A stretch of 64,000 nucleotides of DNA from a virus. A program made the position numbers and the translations under genes. The notes under the pieces were generated by a model. The model made no database searches and had not been told where the DNA came from. It saw nothing but the letters and a program-made list of their open reading frames with translations. The first letter of the stretch is position 1; each line of letters starts with the position of its first letter. Where the stretch lies: the IMG/VR virus record IMGVR_UViG_3300017784_007549, positions 32,001-96,000 of that record. One strand, written 5' to 3'. This document shows positions 30,056 through 39,527 of this stretch, piece after piece.

Positions 30056-30661
30056 ATGGCAATGAAATTCATGCAGGACTATGGCAATAATCTTCCAGAT
30101 TGGGCTTATTACTATGTAGACAATTTCGACTTTGGGCATTTAGAATTTGGTGGAAACTATAGCGTAGAAAAATTTGTAGATTTTCTAGTCCAAACTAGTA
30201 TTACTCCATATGTACAATTATATTTATATCAAAATGGTTTGATCGTTCAGCCTCAAGATGGTAGTGAATTTAGTTTTCATTTATTATATTCAATTGACTA
30301 TGTAAATCTAAATATAGGAAGAGATGTTTCTCATATTGCGAATATATATTCCGACGGTTTATCTAGTAGATTTATGGCTGCTAACACAGATTTAACATTT
30401 GTTTCATCTTTATCGTCTTCTCTTTATAATGCTGGTCTGGACATTTATACTCGAAATTATGGAATTTTTGCTGAAGCTAATTTAAACGAAGCTTATATAG
30501 GAGTTCAAAAAGGTAATGGTGAAGCTCTTATATATTTAGATACAGTTAATATACCATCAACTGCTGGTAATAAAGAAATAGTTATTAGAGAAATAGAAGT
30601 CTGCTCTGATGGGGTAAAAAAGAAAATGCTTATTTTAGCTAGTCAACCTTATAGCTTCTAA
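30056..30661 (+). CDS. Hypothetical protein, last gene of the virion module
   Basis: 201-aa ORF. Confidence 0.65.
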   Translation: MAMKFMQDYGNNLPDWAYYYVDNFDFGHLEFGGNYSVEKFVDFLVQTSITPYVQLYLYQNGLIVQPQDGSEFSFHLLYSIDYVNLNIGRDVSHIANIYSDGLSSRFMAANTDLTFVSSLSSSLYNAGLDIYTRNYGIFAEANLNEAYIGVQKGNGEALIYLDTVNIPSTAGNKEIVIREIEVCSDGVKKKMLILASQPYSF

Positions 30662-30843
30662 AGTTTTTTTAAAGTTTTTGGATTAAAAATTTCTAAAATT
30701 CTATTAAACTCTGGAACTTCCAGTCCTTTTAATTCTGCTCTGCTTAGAAATTTGAATATTAAATCCAAATCTTTTTTAGAAATAATTAATTCAAATTTAT
30801 CTGACGGAAGTATATTGTTTATATTAAATTGCTCTTGGTTCAT
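30658..30843 (-). CDS. Small hypothetical protein
   Basis: 61 aa, ATGA overlap with the upstream gene. Confidence 0.55.
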   Translation of the reverse strand: MNQEQFNINNILPSDKFELIISKKDLDLIFKFLSRAELKGLEVPEFNRILEIFNPKTLKKL

Positions 30844-31640
30844 GTTTTTTTGATCCTTTCAATTAATTCAAATATTTTGCTCTTAGGAATATCTAAGATA
30901 CTATTTAAATTTTCAGCATTTTCAAATTTTTCTTTAATTAATTTTTTCTTTAATTGATCAAAGTTAATATTCTTATCTTTCATTATTTTTTCAAGAACCG
31001 CTTGAGGAGAAGTTGGGTTATCATTAATGCTTGATGCTTGATCTAATAATTTTACATCTCCAAGCTCTTCTTGAGATACAATATTAATTTTCAAGAAGTT
31101 TCTTACACATCTAACGAAAGCTCGATTTTCAGCAATAGCAGCTAAAAAGAATCTAGCGAAACTCTTTGTGTTATTTACTGTAGCATCGGCAAGAGATTCA
31201 AAGACAATCTCCTTACCGCCAGTTTCATAATTTGGCAACCAAGTAATCTTACAGCTTGTTGCAAAATAACTTTCAGAAGCTGCTACAACTTTATATTCAA
31301 CACTTGTATATCCACGAATTTGGGCAAGCTCTTTGATTCCGCCTAAGAGAATAAGTAAATCTTTATCTTGGAGTTTTGAAACATCTGTTTCTTGAGTCTT
31401 TTGTCTATTTGGCACTAGATGCTCAGTCTTTACCATTTTGCGCCAATTAATTGTTCCGTCATCATTAAATACATAATTAAGGCTCTTGTCTTCAATAAGA
31501 CCATATTGGTTTCTTGTTATTAAATTGGGAGGAACTACTTGAGGAGTTCCTGTTTTCTGTTCTGAAAGGACAATAGCTTCAAACAATTCCGAACTACCAA
31601 TTGAGATTGTATTTTCTTCTGATTTTATTTTAGGACTCAT
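30840..31640 (-). CDS. Putative ssDNA-annealing protein (Rad52/Sak-like)
   Basis: GGIKELAQ...AIAENRAFVRCVR resembles the A-E-[TN]-R-A helix of phage annealases; own sigma70 promoter. Confidence 0.5.
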   Translation of the reverse strand: MSPKIKSEENTISIGSSELFEAIVLSEQKTGTPQVVPPNLITRNQYGLIEDKSLNYVFNDDGTINWRKMVKTEHLVPNRQKTQETDVSKLQDKDLLILLGGIKELAQIRGYTSVEYKVVAASESYFATSCKITWLPNYETGGKEIVFESLADATVNNTKSFARFFLAAIAENRAFVRCVRNFLKINIVSQEELGDVKLLDQASSINDNPTSPQAVLEKIMKDKNINFDQLKKKLIKEKFENAENLNSILDIPKSKIFELIERIKKT

Positions 31641-31646
31641 ATAAAG

Positions 31647-31675
31647 ATGATACCACTTATTATATCATTGGTCAA
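31647..31675 (-). promoter_or_regulatory. sigma70-type promoter, leaderless
   Basis: TTGACC-17 bp-TATCAT-6 nt-ATG(31640). Confidence 0.8.
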
Positions 31676-32804
31676 GGTTAAAAATATAAAGATTATTTAA
31701 TTCTTTGCTTAATTCTGAATCGTTAAGGTATTTATTAGACATATCTTTTGTTTGCCATTGATATTTGCTATTGAATTGACCTTCGGAAGATATTAAGATT
31801 CGCGAAGATTTAAAGTATGTATTATTACTTATTTCAATTTTATCAGTTGGGTCATCTCGTTTTACAATAAGACCATAATCCATATAATGCAATTTAAATT
31901 GATTTAACTCTTCTTCCGAGAGATAAGATATAAAAGCCGCATTAATAGTATTTATTTTTAATGTCTTTGCAAAAGATGCATCATTATCTTTTTCAACAAT
32001 ATAAATTAATTGTGGAATATTTTGCTTGTATTTTTTGAGAAGTTCTTCGTTGATAGGTTTATTAGTAAATATAATACATTTCTTTTGCTGTAAGAATAAC
32101 TCTAATACTTGCTCATTAAATGTATAATCCATTCTAATAATAAGGGTATCTATTCCAATTTGGGCTGGATTTATGGGTTTATCTGGAATTATTTCTAGCG
32201 TTTTATTGACATATTCATTTCCAATATAAACAGTATTAGGAAGATTACCATATGGAATATTAAGTAGTTTAAGAATACCTTCTGCAATAGCTTCTGGTTT
32301 AATATTGTTAATACTTTTTGGAGTTTCATTAACAGAATATTGAGGCTTCTTATTTATTTCAGGATTTAAAAGAACCATATCTTCTGGTTTAGTCCAATAC
32401 GGTTTAACATTATTAATATTATTATTAGAATACAATGCAACAATTTTCTTACCATATCCAGAAGCGATATGTGCAGCAAAACTATCTGCACCAACATGCA
32501 TTATACCGTTTTTAATAATATATGCTGATTGAGGAATATTTGTTTGACCACATAAGTTTAAAGTGTTATTAATAGCTTTATCATCTTTTGCGCCAATATG
32601 AACTAATGTGATATTATTTTGTTGCAAATAAGGAAAAATTATCGCTACTACTTCATCCCAATAATCATAATTTTTTGATTGATATTTGCTAAAAGGTTGA
32701 AATGATATATACTTTTCAACATTGATTGGAAAGAAAGTATCATAGATATAAGGTTTATCTATCTTAACTCCGCAAGCAGTGGCATATCTTTCAATTAAAT
32801 GCAT
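31665..32804 (-). CDS. GT-B glycosyltransferase (GT9-like)
   Basis: HVGADSFAAHIA...ALYS GT9-type motif; SKNYDYW. Confidence 0.75.
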   Translation of the reverse strand: MHLIERYATACGVKIDKPYIYDTFFPINVEKYISFQPFSKYQSKNYDYWDEVVAIIFPYLQQNNITLVHIGAKDDKAINNTLNLCGQTNIPQSAYIIKNGIMHVGADSFAAHIASGYGKKIVALYSNNNINNVKPYWTKPEDMVLLNPEINKKPQYSVNETPKSINNIKPEAIAEGILKLLNIPYGNLPNTVYIGNEYVNKTLEIIPDKPINPAQIGIDTLIIRMDYTFNEQVLELFLQQKKCIIFTNKPINEELLKKYKQNIPQLIYIVEKDNDASFAKTLKINTINAAFISYLSEEELNQFKLHYMDYGLIVKRDDPTDKIEISNNTYFKSSRILISSEGQFNSKYQWQTKDMSNKYLNDSELSKELNNLYIFNLDQ

Positions 32805-34723
32805 ACATCTTCCTTTATATTAAATTGTATATTAGTTTTACCATTATGTAAATAGTCTAAAAATCTTTGTGTTCCAGCATGAGGCAAGAAGGCTACTTCA
32901 AAATAACCATTATGGTCTCCTGCTCCCTCAAGCCAAAGTAGTTGATCCATTTGAGGAATATATTCTAGAAGTTTATAAATATGAGGATTTCCTTGTAGCA
33001 TTTGGAAGTATTCTGGCTTAACAGCAACATAAAGATTATAGTCTGGATATTGTTTTTTGATATTTTTGAATAAAGAAGTTGAGATATAAATATCTCCAAT
33101 ACTTTCTGGCATAACATATAACACCCTTTTGCCTTTGTCATCTTTACCCAGAAAGTCTTCAAATTCAATTTTTTTGTTCTTTTGATTTTCTTGAGAAGCT
33201 ACTTGCCTAAAATAGTTTTCAACATCTTGACGCTTTGCCCCTTTTGAAATTTCTTGCATCCAATATTTATGACCATCATCATTATCATTAACATCTTTCA
33301 TTTTTAAAATGTTATGATACATATAAGTCAGCCATTCATTATCTTTTTCAATATTTGGAACTTGATGAAATGCATCTTTTTCTTCTTCTTTAAGAGAAAA
33401 ATCGTAATCTGTAAATTCTGAGCTATCAATAAATTCCTCTATTCTTTTTCCTACAGTTTCTACTGAGAAGTTCTCGATAGTCCATCCGCGAGCTTTCCTA
33501 CCCATTTCTCTTCTTTTTTGAATGGGCATATTATAGACTTTATTTATTTGTTTAGCTATTGAATTTGGTTTCGTAGAAGCTTTAATAAATTCTGTGCCAT
33601 GCTCTCTATATTCAGTCCACTCAAGATCAAATGAACCCGCACCCTCTTGACACATTTCTTCTCCACAAGAATAATTAGTAACAAGAGTAATCAATTCAGT
33701 AAGTTTCGCTTCTTGGATCGGAATCTCTTGCCCACCACTAGTAAATGGATGGCAATAAACATCCATAAGATTATATACTTCATTTAATTGTTGCTCTGTT
33801 ACTCCAATTCCAACATTTGTTGTAACTTGGCTTTTTTCGCTTCCACAAAATTTACAATTCACATCTTGACCATGAAAGGGTTTGATTTCATAATTACCGC
33901 AGTTTTTGCAAATATATGTTGTAAGAATTTCTCTTGGGTCAATTCCAAATTCTGTTGCGAGCTTGTGAATGTTCCATCCTTCGCCCCAATGAGTATGAAA
34001 TAACAAGAATGTATTTTTAATTTGAGGATTGCTTCGTTTCCATAAAGCATATCCTTCTAATAGGTTAGGAACGCTTTTTCTTAATTGATTTCTGAATACA
34101 AAACCAACAATAAATGCATCTAATGGAATTTCATATTTACTTCTTAAGTCTCGTCTTTGAGATTCTTCTAGTCTATAAAAATTAGCAGTTTCAACTGCTC
34201 CATGAACCGTTTCGACTTGGTTATGCCCAAGATTATGCAAAGCTTTTGTTGCGAAATCACTCCAAATCCAATAATTTTTAATTTTTGGAGCTTTTTCAAC
34301 TGCACTAGGAAGAATAGGTAGAGAGTCCAAAGTCGTCCATAAGGCACAAGAAATTTTATTAAACCACTTTTTATCAATAGCAAAATCAATGCCCCAAATA
34401 TCTTGAACTGCAATATAAGAATCTGGCTTTTCTTCTTGAATAACCCTATCAAGATAATGTGCGCCATAACTAGCTAATCTTGCTACATTTGGGTCTTTAT
34501 TAAGCTGTTCGATTTCTTGAGCATTATCTGGAAGCGAACCAACTGATTTCCAAGGAGTTTTTTTTAACTCTGGATTTGAATATTGCATTCCGCAGCAATA
34601 ATGAACAATATCATATTTACCCGTTTTATAAAGATAAGTCAATAAAGCTTTTGCTGCTCTGCCAAACCCAGTTTTGGCTAGAGAGAAATCAGATTGATAA
34701 ACTATTTTCTTTTTGCGAGACAC
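32795..34723 (-). CDS. GT4-like glycosyltransferase with Zn-ribbon insertion and GT9-like C-terminal domain (probable GTG start 34723)
   Basis: TGFGR, FRNQLRKS, YNLMD...GGQEIPIQEA; CKNC...CKFC; C-terminal SIGDIY. Confidence 0.8.
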   Translation of the reverse strand: MSRKKKIVYQSDFSLAKTGFGRAAKALLTYLYKTGKYDIVHYCCGMQYSNPELKKTPWKSVGSLPDNAQEIEQLNKDPNVARLASYGAHYLDRVIQEEKPDSYIAVQDIWGIDFAIDKKWFNKISCALWTTLDSLPILPSAVEKAPKIKNYWIWSDFATKALHNLGHNQVETVHGAVETANFYRLEESQRRDLRSKYEIPLDAFIVGFVFRNQLRKSVPNLLEGYALWKRSNPQIKNTFLLFHTHWGEGWNIHKLATEFGIDPREILTTYICKNCGNYEIKPFHGQDVNCKFCGSEKSQVTTNVGIGVTEQQLNEVYNLMDVYCHPFTSGGQEIPIQEAKLTELITLVTNYSCGEEMCQEGAGSFDLEWTEYREHGTEFIKASTKPNSIAKQINKVYNMPIQKRREMGRKARGWTIENFSVETVGKRIEEFIDSSEFTDYDFSLKEEEKDAFHQVPNIEKDNEWLTYMYHNILKMKDVNDNDDGHKYWMQEISKGAKRQDVENYFRQVASQENQKNKKIEFEDFLGKDDKGKRVLYVMPESIGDIYISTSLFKNIKKQYPDYNLYVAVKPEYFQMLQGNPHIYKLLEYIPQMDQLLWLEGAGDHNGYFEVAFLPHAGTQRFLDYLHNGKTNIQFNIKEDVCI

Positions 34724-34725
34724 AA

Positions 34726-35268
34726 TTACCAAAGTTCGCCATCTTCTTCGGCGCTAGATTTAGTTGGTTCTTCGTTAGATTTTGAATTTTTAAACTTTTT
34801 AATAGCTTCGATTTCTTGGGTCTTGAATACTGATTGTAGTGCATGAATCAAGAACTCTCTTAAAAGCCTAGCTTCATTAAAATAAAAACCAATTAAATAT
34901 GATTGTTTATTTTCAATATTTTGTTTGTCTTCTTTATTAACGCTATATGAATAACCGACTTGTTTTTCGTCTCTAATATAGGGTGAAAATTTAATCTTAG
35001 TAATTTGTTTTTCTGAAGTATGATACGCTGAGAACTCAGCATTTCTTTCAATAGCATCTAGAATACCAGCAGCTTCTGTTAATGAAAATTTTACTTTAAC
35101 ACTTTTATTTGGATTATTTTGATTTTCTGAAAATGAACCAATTTTCTTAATTTCATTCCAAGAAGATTGCTTAATTAATGAGCCCCAAATTGAAGCATCT
35201 TTTGGATTAACGGTGAAACTGCAAGCAGTTCCATTATTTTTACTATTAGGTTTGTAGAATGATATCAT
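34726..35268 (-). CDS. Putative single-stranded DNA-binding protein, Whirly/PC4-like
   Basis: FYK...KFSLTE...AYH...GYSYSV...EARLL pattern; acidic tail ending in an aromatic residue (EEDGELW); adjacent to DnaE. Confidence 0.5.
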   Translation of the reverse strand: MISFYKPNSKNNGTACSFTVNPKDASIWGSLIKQSSWNEIKKIGSFSENQNNPNKSVKVKFSLTEAAGILDAIERNAEFSAYHTSEKQITKIKFSPYIRDEKQVGYSYSVNKEDKQNIENKQSYLIGFYFNEARLLREFLIHALQSVFKTQEIEAIKKFKNSKSNEEPTKSSAEEDGELW

Positions 35269-35274
35269 TTAAAT

Positions 35275-35303
35275 ATATTATCTTGAATATAAAGTAATGT
35301 CAA
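35275..35303 (-). promoter_or_regulatory. sigma70-type promoter, leaderless
   Basis: TTGACA-17 bp-TAATAT-6 nt-ATG(35268). Confidence 0.8.
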
Positions 35304-37894
35304 TTATTTTTATCAATTTTTTTCAAATCATTTAATTTCATATATATCTCATGATCTTGTACGGCTACTAAATCACCAAATATACAATCATCTTTTTTGG
35401 AACCTTTAACTATCACGATATTTCCTTCTTCGAAATCCCTATTGTTTAGTAATTTGTTTGTCTCAATATTATCATTGAATATTAATACGCTAATTCCGCT
35501 TGTTTCATCTGATATCTTTAATCGAAGATATCTTGTCTTTTTTGCATTTTTAGATACACCAGAGAACACTTCTTCTATTTGGCCGACTAAAGCTATTTTA
35601 GCATTTACTGGTTCATCTAATACATCAGATATATGCTTAAGATTTTCTCTTTTTTCAGCAAAGATATCTTTTAGGTTTTTGTTATAAGTATATCCTAAAA
35701 GTTTCTTTTCGTAATACCAATTCGCAAAGCTTTCGCTTTTGTTGTTTTGTTCATATATGCTTAAGTATGGTGCATATTTTTGTTTGATAGTATCTAATCT
35801 ATTATCTTTTATGACTACTTTGTTTTTCTCATCAGTAAATTTATTAAGGTGTTTAATGATTTTAATTAGGTCATAATCAAATTTATTTGCAAATGATATA
35901 GCATATTTTTTTTCCTTAGAGGTTAGCATATTCCATAACTGAACCTCTAATACTATTTTACTTCTTGATTGATTGAATCCACTTAGTGCACCAGCTTGAA
36001 TTAAGGCAGATAATGCTCCAATATTTAATCCAGCTTCTTCTGCGGCTTCAAATATTTCAAATTTATTAGAGTATTTATTTCTAAAGCTATTTAATTTTTC
36101 TATCGACTTATCGCTAATACCTTTGATTGATAATAAACCGAATCTAATATCCTTATCCTCAATTGAGAAATCCATTTCTGATTTAATAATATGAGGAGGA
36201 AGGAGTTTGATCCCGAAGTTATGCATTTCTTTTTGAATCTTAGATATTTCCCCAATTGGATCTGGTTCATTCCTACTCATTTTTAATAATGATAAAAAGA
36301 ATTGTTGAGGATAATTAAACTTAAGATAAATTGTAATTGCTGCTAATCCAGCATAAGCTATCGAATGTGACTTATTGAAACTATAATTTGCAGAATCTTC
36401 TAGAATCTTCCAAAGAATTTCGCTAACTTCTTTTGGAATTTTATTTTGTTTACATTTTTGCTCAATCTTTTGTTTCCAAGCCTTGATCTCTTCAGTTTTC
36501 TTTTTACCTACAATTCTTCTTAAAATTTCTGCCTCATCTAAAGTAAAGCCAATCTTATTAGCCATTTTCATTAATTGTTCTTGGTATAAAGCTACTCCCC
36601 CAGTTTCTTTTAAAATTTCATCAAAAAATGGATGAATACTTTCTGATTGTTGATAATTTGTATGAGCTGCATATTTATCTACGAATTGAAGTGCTCCGGG
36701 TCTAGCTAAAGCAAGAACTCCACTGAGTTCTTCTAGATTTTTTGGTTTAACTTTTTGACACACTCTAAAATTAGTTTCTGCTTCGATTTGGAATAAGCCA
36801 TGTGGTGATTTTAAGTCTTGTAAATTTCTATAAATAGATTCATGGTTTAAGTCTATATCTTCTATTTTTATATTAATACTCTTGCATACGTTATCTACTA
36901 CTGAAACACTTCTTAAACCAAGAATATCTAATTTGATGTTGAAAACGCTTGCCCAGTTCATATCGAAACTAGAAACTACTTCTTTGTCTGAAGAAAATTC
37001 TGTTGGGCATATAGTTTCTAGATCGTAATAAGAAAGCAATACGCCAGAAGGATGAACTCCTTTATTCTTAATCAAATCTCTTAATTTAAGGGCTATTTTA
37101 TATGCTTCTTTATTTTTGTCACACCACTCTTTAAATTGCTCGACTTCTTGATAAGCTTCTGAAATGTCCTTAACTTGACCATAAGTTTTAGGAATTAACG
37201 AAGATATCATGGTCATTTCTTGCTCTGGTTTTTCAGCTACGATTTTACCGCACTCTTTGATAAGCAGTTTTCCACTTAAGCTATTAAAGGTTAATATCTT
37301 ACTAGTTTTGCCTTTGAATTTATTTTCTAAATATTGAAGCACTTTTTGACGATTATAATAACAAATATCTAAATCTACGTCACACATCAAACTACCATCT
37401 AGATACGTTACCCCATCAATAACCTGCTTTTTAGCGCGAATCTTAGATATAAATCTTTCGAAATAGAGGTCATATTTAACTGGATCAATTCTGGTAACAC
37501 CCACCAAGTATAATATTAAAGACCCAGCCGCTGAACCTCTACCTAGACCTATTGGAATATCGCTAGTTTTGCAAAAATGAATAACGTCCCATACCAATAA
37601 TATATAATCAATAAAGCCTAATTCTTTTAAGGTATCTAACTCATGCTTTGCTCTATCAATATATTTCTTATAGTTTTTATCGGTTTTATTGATATTTAAA
37701 GTTTTAAATCCGTTTAAAGCTAAACCTCTTAAGAAGTCATAATTTGATGAATCTTCACTAATGCCTAAGCGTCTTTTAGAAGCTAAATCAATTTCAAATT
37801 CAGGCAATCTAACTCCGTGAATATCTAGTTCTGTATTTTCGAATTGATCAGAAAAATCTTTAATATCACAGTAATTATCAGTCTTCATTTTCAT
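35300..37894 (-). CDS. dnaE: DNA polymerase III alpha (family C) core lacking the PHP domain; start 37894 or 37888
   Basis: GRGSAAGS, DVDLD, HPSG, KLDILGL, YQEQLM, FNKSHS, IRFGL motifs and C-terminal OB-like domain. Confidence 0.95.
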   Translation of the reverse strand: MKMKTDNYCDIKDFSDQFENTELDIHGVRLPEFEIDLASKRRLGISEDSSNYDFLRGLALNGFKTLNINKTDKNYKKYIDRAKHELDTLKELGFIDYILLVWDVIHFCKTSDIPIGLGRGSAAGSLILYLVGVTRIDPVKYDLYFERFISKIRAKKQVIDGVTYLDGSLMCDVDLDICYYNRQKVLQYLENKFKGKTSKILTFNSLSGKLLIKECGKIVAEKPEQEMTMISSLIPKTYGQVKDISEAYQEVEQFKEWCDKNKEAYKIALKLRDLIKNKGVHPSGVLLSYYDLETICPTEFSSDKEVVSSFDMNWASVFNIKLDILGLRSVSVVDNVCKSINIKIEDIDLNHESIYRNLQDLKSPHGLFQIEAETNFRVCQKVKPKNLEELSGVLALARPGALQFVDKYAAHTNYQQSESIHPFFDEILKETGGVALYQEQLMKMANKIGFTLDEAEILRRIVGKKKTEEIKAWKQKIEQKCKQNKIPKEVSEILWKILEDSANYSFNKSHSIAYAGLAAITIYLKFNYPQQFFLSLLKMSRNEPDPIGEISKIQKEMHNFGIKLLPPHIIKSEMDFSIEDKDIRFGLLSIKGISDKSIEKLNSFRNKYSNKFEIFEAAEEAGLNIGALSALIQAGALSGFNQSRSKIVLEVQLWNMLTSKEKKYAISFANKFDYDLIKIIKHLNKFTDEKNKVVIKDNRLDTIKQKYAPYLSIYEQNNKSESFANWYYEKKLLGYTYNKNLKDIFAEKRENLKHISDVLDEPVNAKIALVGQIEEVFSGVSKNAKKTRYLRLKISDETSGISVLIFNDNIETNKLLNNRDFEEGNIVIVKGSKKDDCIFGDLVAVQDHEIYMKLNDLKKIDKNN

Positions 37895-38105
37895 CTTCCT
37901 CTTGCTCTTTTTCAATTTTATCTATTTCTTGATTAAAAATCTCTAGTCCTCTTGATAAGATTTTCATAGAAACTCTATCTTTCAAGCTATAAAATACATC
38001 GGCTTTACCTTGCTTCTTCCCTTTGTCTATAGTTATAAGAAGATACTCTATACCATAATCTTCTAACTTCTGTATAGTATCATAAACGTTATCTAATGAG
38101 CCCAT
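37878..38105 (-). CDS. Small acidic hypothetical protein within the polymerase cluster
   Basis: 75-aa ORF filling the gap between the exonuclease and dnaE. Confidence 0.65.
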   Translation of the reverse strand: MGSLDNVYDTIQKLEDYGIEYLLITIDKGKKQGKADVFYSLKDRVSMKILSRGLEIFNQEIDKIEKEQEEDENED

Positions 38106-38106
38106 T

Positions 38107-38745
38107 TTATACCTCTATCTGCCATTTTAATTTATTCCATACTTTCAAATTTAAATCAAGATCATTTATTGCATCGTGAAGACTTTCGTAATCATGCTCT
38201 ATGCCGTTCTCTTTACCTAGAAAAGCTAAAGAACTTTTTATGTTTTTCTTTCTTGTGTTAAGAATTTTATATTGATATTCAAGTAAATCATCTTTAGGAG
38301 TATAAATAGAATTATACTTAATGCCTCTTGCTACGGCATTAGTATCTATGATTTTATTCATTAATCTTTTCCAATTTGATCCCATAGTTTTATAATATTC
38401 TTTTATAAGATAAATGTCAAATCCTAAAATATTATGTCCAATTATATAATCTGCATTATCGAGCCAATCTTTTATAGTAGGAAATACTTCTTTTGGATCA
38501 AAGCCTTCTTTCTGAACTTTTCTATGATCGTATCTTGTAATCCTCGCAGCATCTTCACTTATCTTCAAATCTGTATCCCATTTTAAATAGAAATTTTTCT
38601 GATCTATTTTCTTGTCTCCTTTAACTTTTATCATTGCTATCTGCCAAGGAATATTGTGGCAAAAATTAAGACAAAGATTAAAAGTCTCGCAATCTATAAA
38701 GACTATAGTCTTATCTTTATCGTATCTTAAAAGATGTTCGTCCAT
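38107..38745 (-). CDS. DEDDh 3'-5' exonuclease (DnaQ/epsilon-like)
   Basis: FIDCET, GHNILGFD, HDAIND. Confidence 0.9.
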   Translation of the reverse strand: MDEHLLRYDKDKTIVFIDCETFNLCLNFCHNIPWQIAMIKVKGDKKIDQKNFYLKWDTDLKISEDAARITRYDHRKVQKEGFDPKEVFPTIKDWLDNADYIIGHNILGFDIYLIKEYYKTMGSNWKRLMNKIIDTNAVARGIKYNSIYTPKDDLLEYQYKILNTRKKNIKSSLAFLGKENGIEHDYESLHDAINDLDLNLKVWNKLKWQIEV

Positions 38746-39491
38746 TAGTTCCTTTTATTAATGCTTTCAAAACAAAATTCATTACTTGACATATGATCTA
38801 AATTAGGTTTATTCAAAACGCTTCTATTATTAATGCATCTAAAAGTTAGGTAAGCTTTAAAATCTTCTGCTAAATTATAAAAAATACTTTGTGCTTTATA
38901 TATTTTAAGACCATTCTTTTCTGCAAAAGATAAAGCTTTTTGTTTTACTAGTGAATCAAATGGTAGACCATTATCTTCTATGAAGAATATTGGTTTTGTG
39001 AAATCAAACTGAGGAATACAAAGGCTATTTTTGAGGGTATTATTAAATATAAAAGAATCATAAAAGGGTATACATAGAATTAAATCATCAATCCAATTTT
39101 TAGAAATTGTTTCGTAATCTAATCTTGGTTCATAATAAAAGCCTTCTTTTGCTGCAATACTATAAAGCTTTGTTAATAGCTGGTATCCTTCTTTATTTTT
39201 AAAGAATAAAATAATCTTTGAAGATTTGGTCTTTGACTCTTCAGATTTATCGCTCATTGATTCGGTGACAGATATTCTTAATCCATAATTTAATTTGATA
39301 TTATTTTTACGACAATTAGAATAAGCTTCAAGAAATGAAGACATATTATCTTCTACTAGATAAAGTTCTTTCATTTTGTTTTCTTTGCAAATTTGGATAA
39401 TAGAGTCTGGATAGTCGTCTTTTTTATCTTTGTCTTCAAGGGTCAAAATAGATCTGCCCAAAGAATAATGAGATTTAAATAGCGGTATCAT
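38745..39491 (-). CDS. Stand-alone PHP domain of DnaE
   Basis: KSHYSLGRS, KLNYGLR, KNKEGYQLLTKLYS, FYYEPRLD match the DnaE N-terminal PHP domain. Confidence 0.85.
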   Translation of the reverse strand: MIPLFKSHYSLGRSILTLEDKDKKDDYPDSIIQICKENKMKELYLVEDNMSSFLEAYSNCRKNNIKLNYGLRISVTESMSDKSEESKTKSSKIILFFKNKEGYQLLTKLYSIAAKEGFYYEPRLDYETISKNWIDDLILCIPFYDSFIFNNTLKNSLCIPQFDFTKPIFFIEDNGLPFDSLVKQKALSFAEKNGLKIYKAQSIFYNLAEDFKAYLTFRCINNRSVLNKPNLDHMSSNEFCFESINKRN

Positions 39492-39498
39492 TTATACT

Positions 39499-39527
39499 AA
39501 GTTAGCAGTAATTTTATAAAAAATCAA
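39499..39527 (-). promoter_or_regulatory. sigma70-type promoter, leaderless
   Basis: TTGATT-17 bp-TAACTT-7 nt-ATG(39491). Confidence 0.65.

Noticed and set aside
35300-39491. Split intein joining the DnaE pieces
   Set aside because: No intein N- or C-terminal blocks; the usual insertion site reads uninterrupted YSFNKSH
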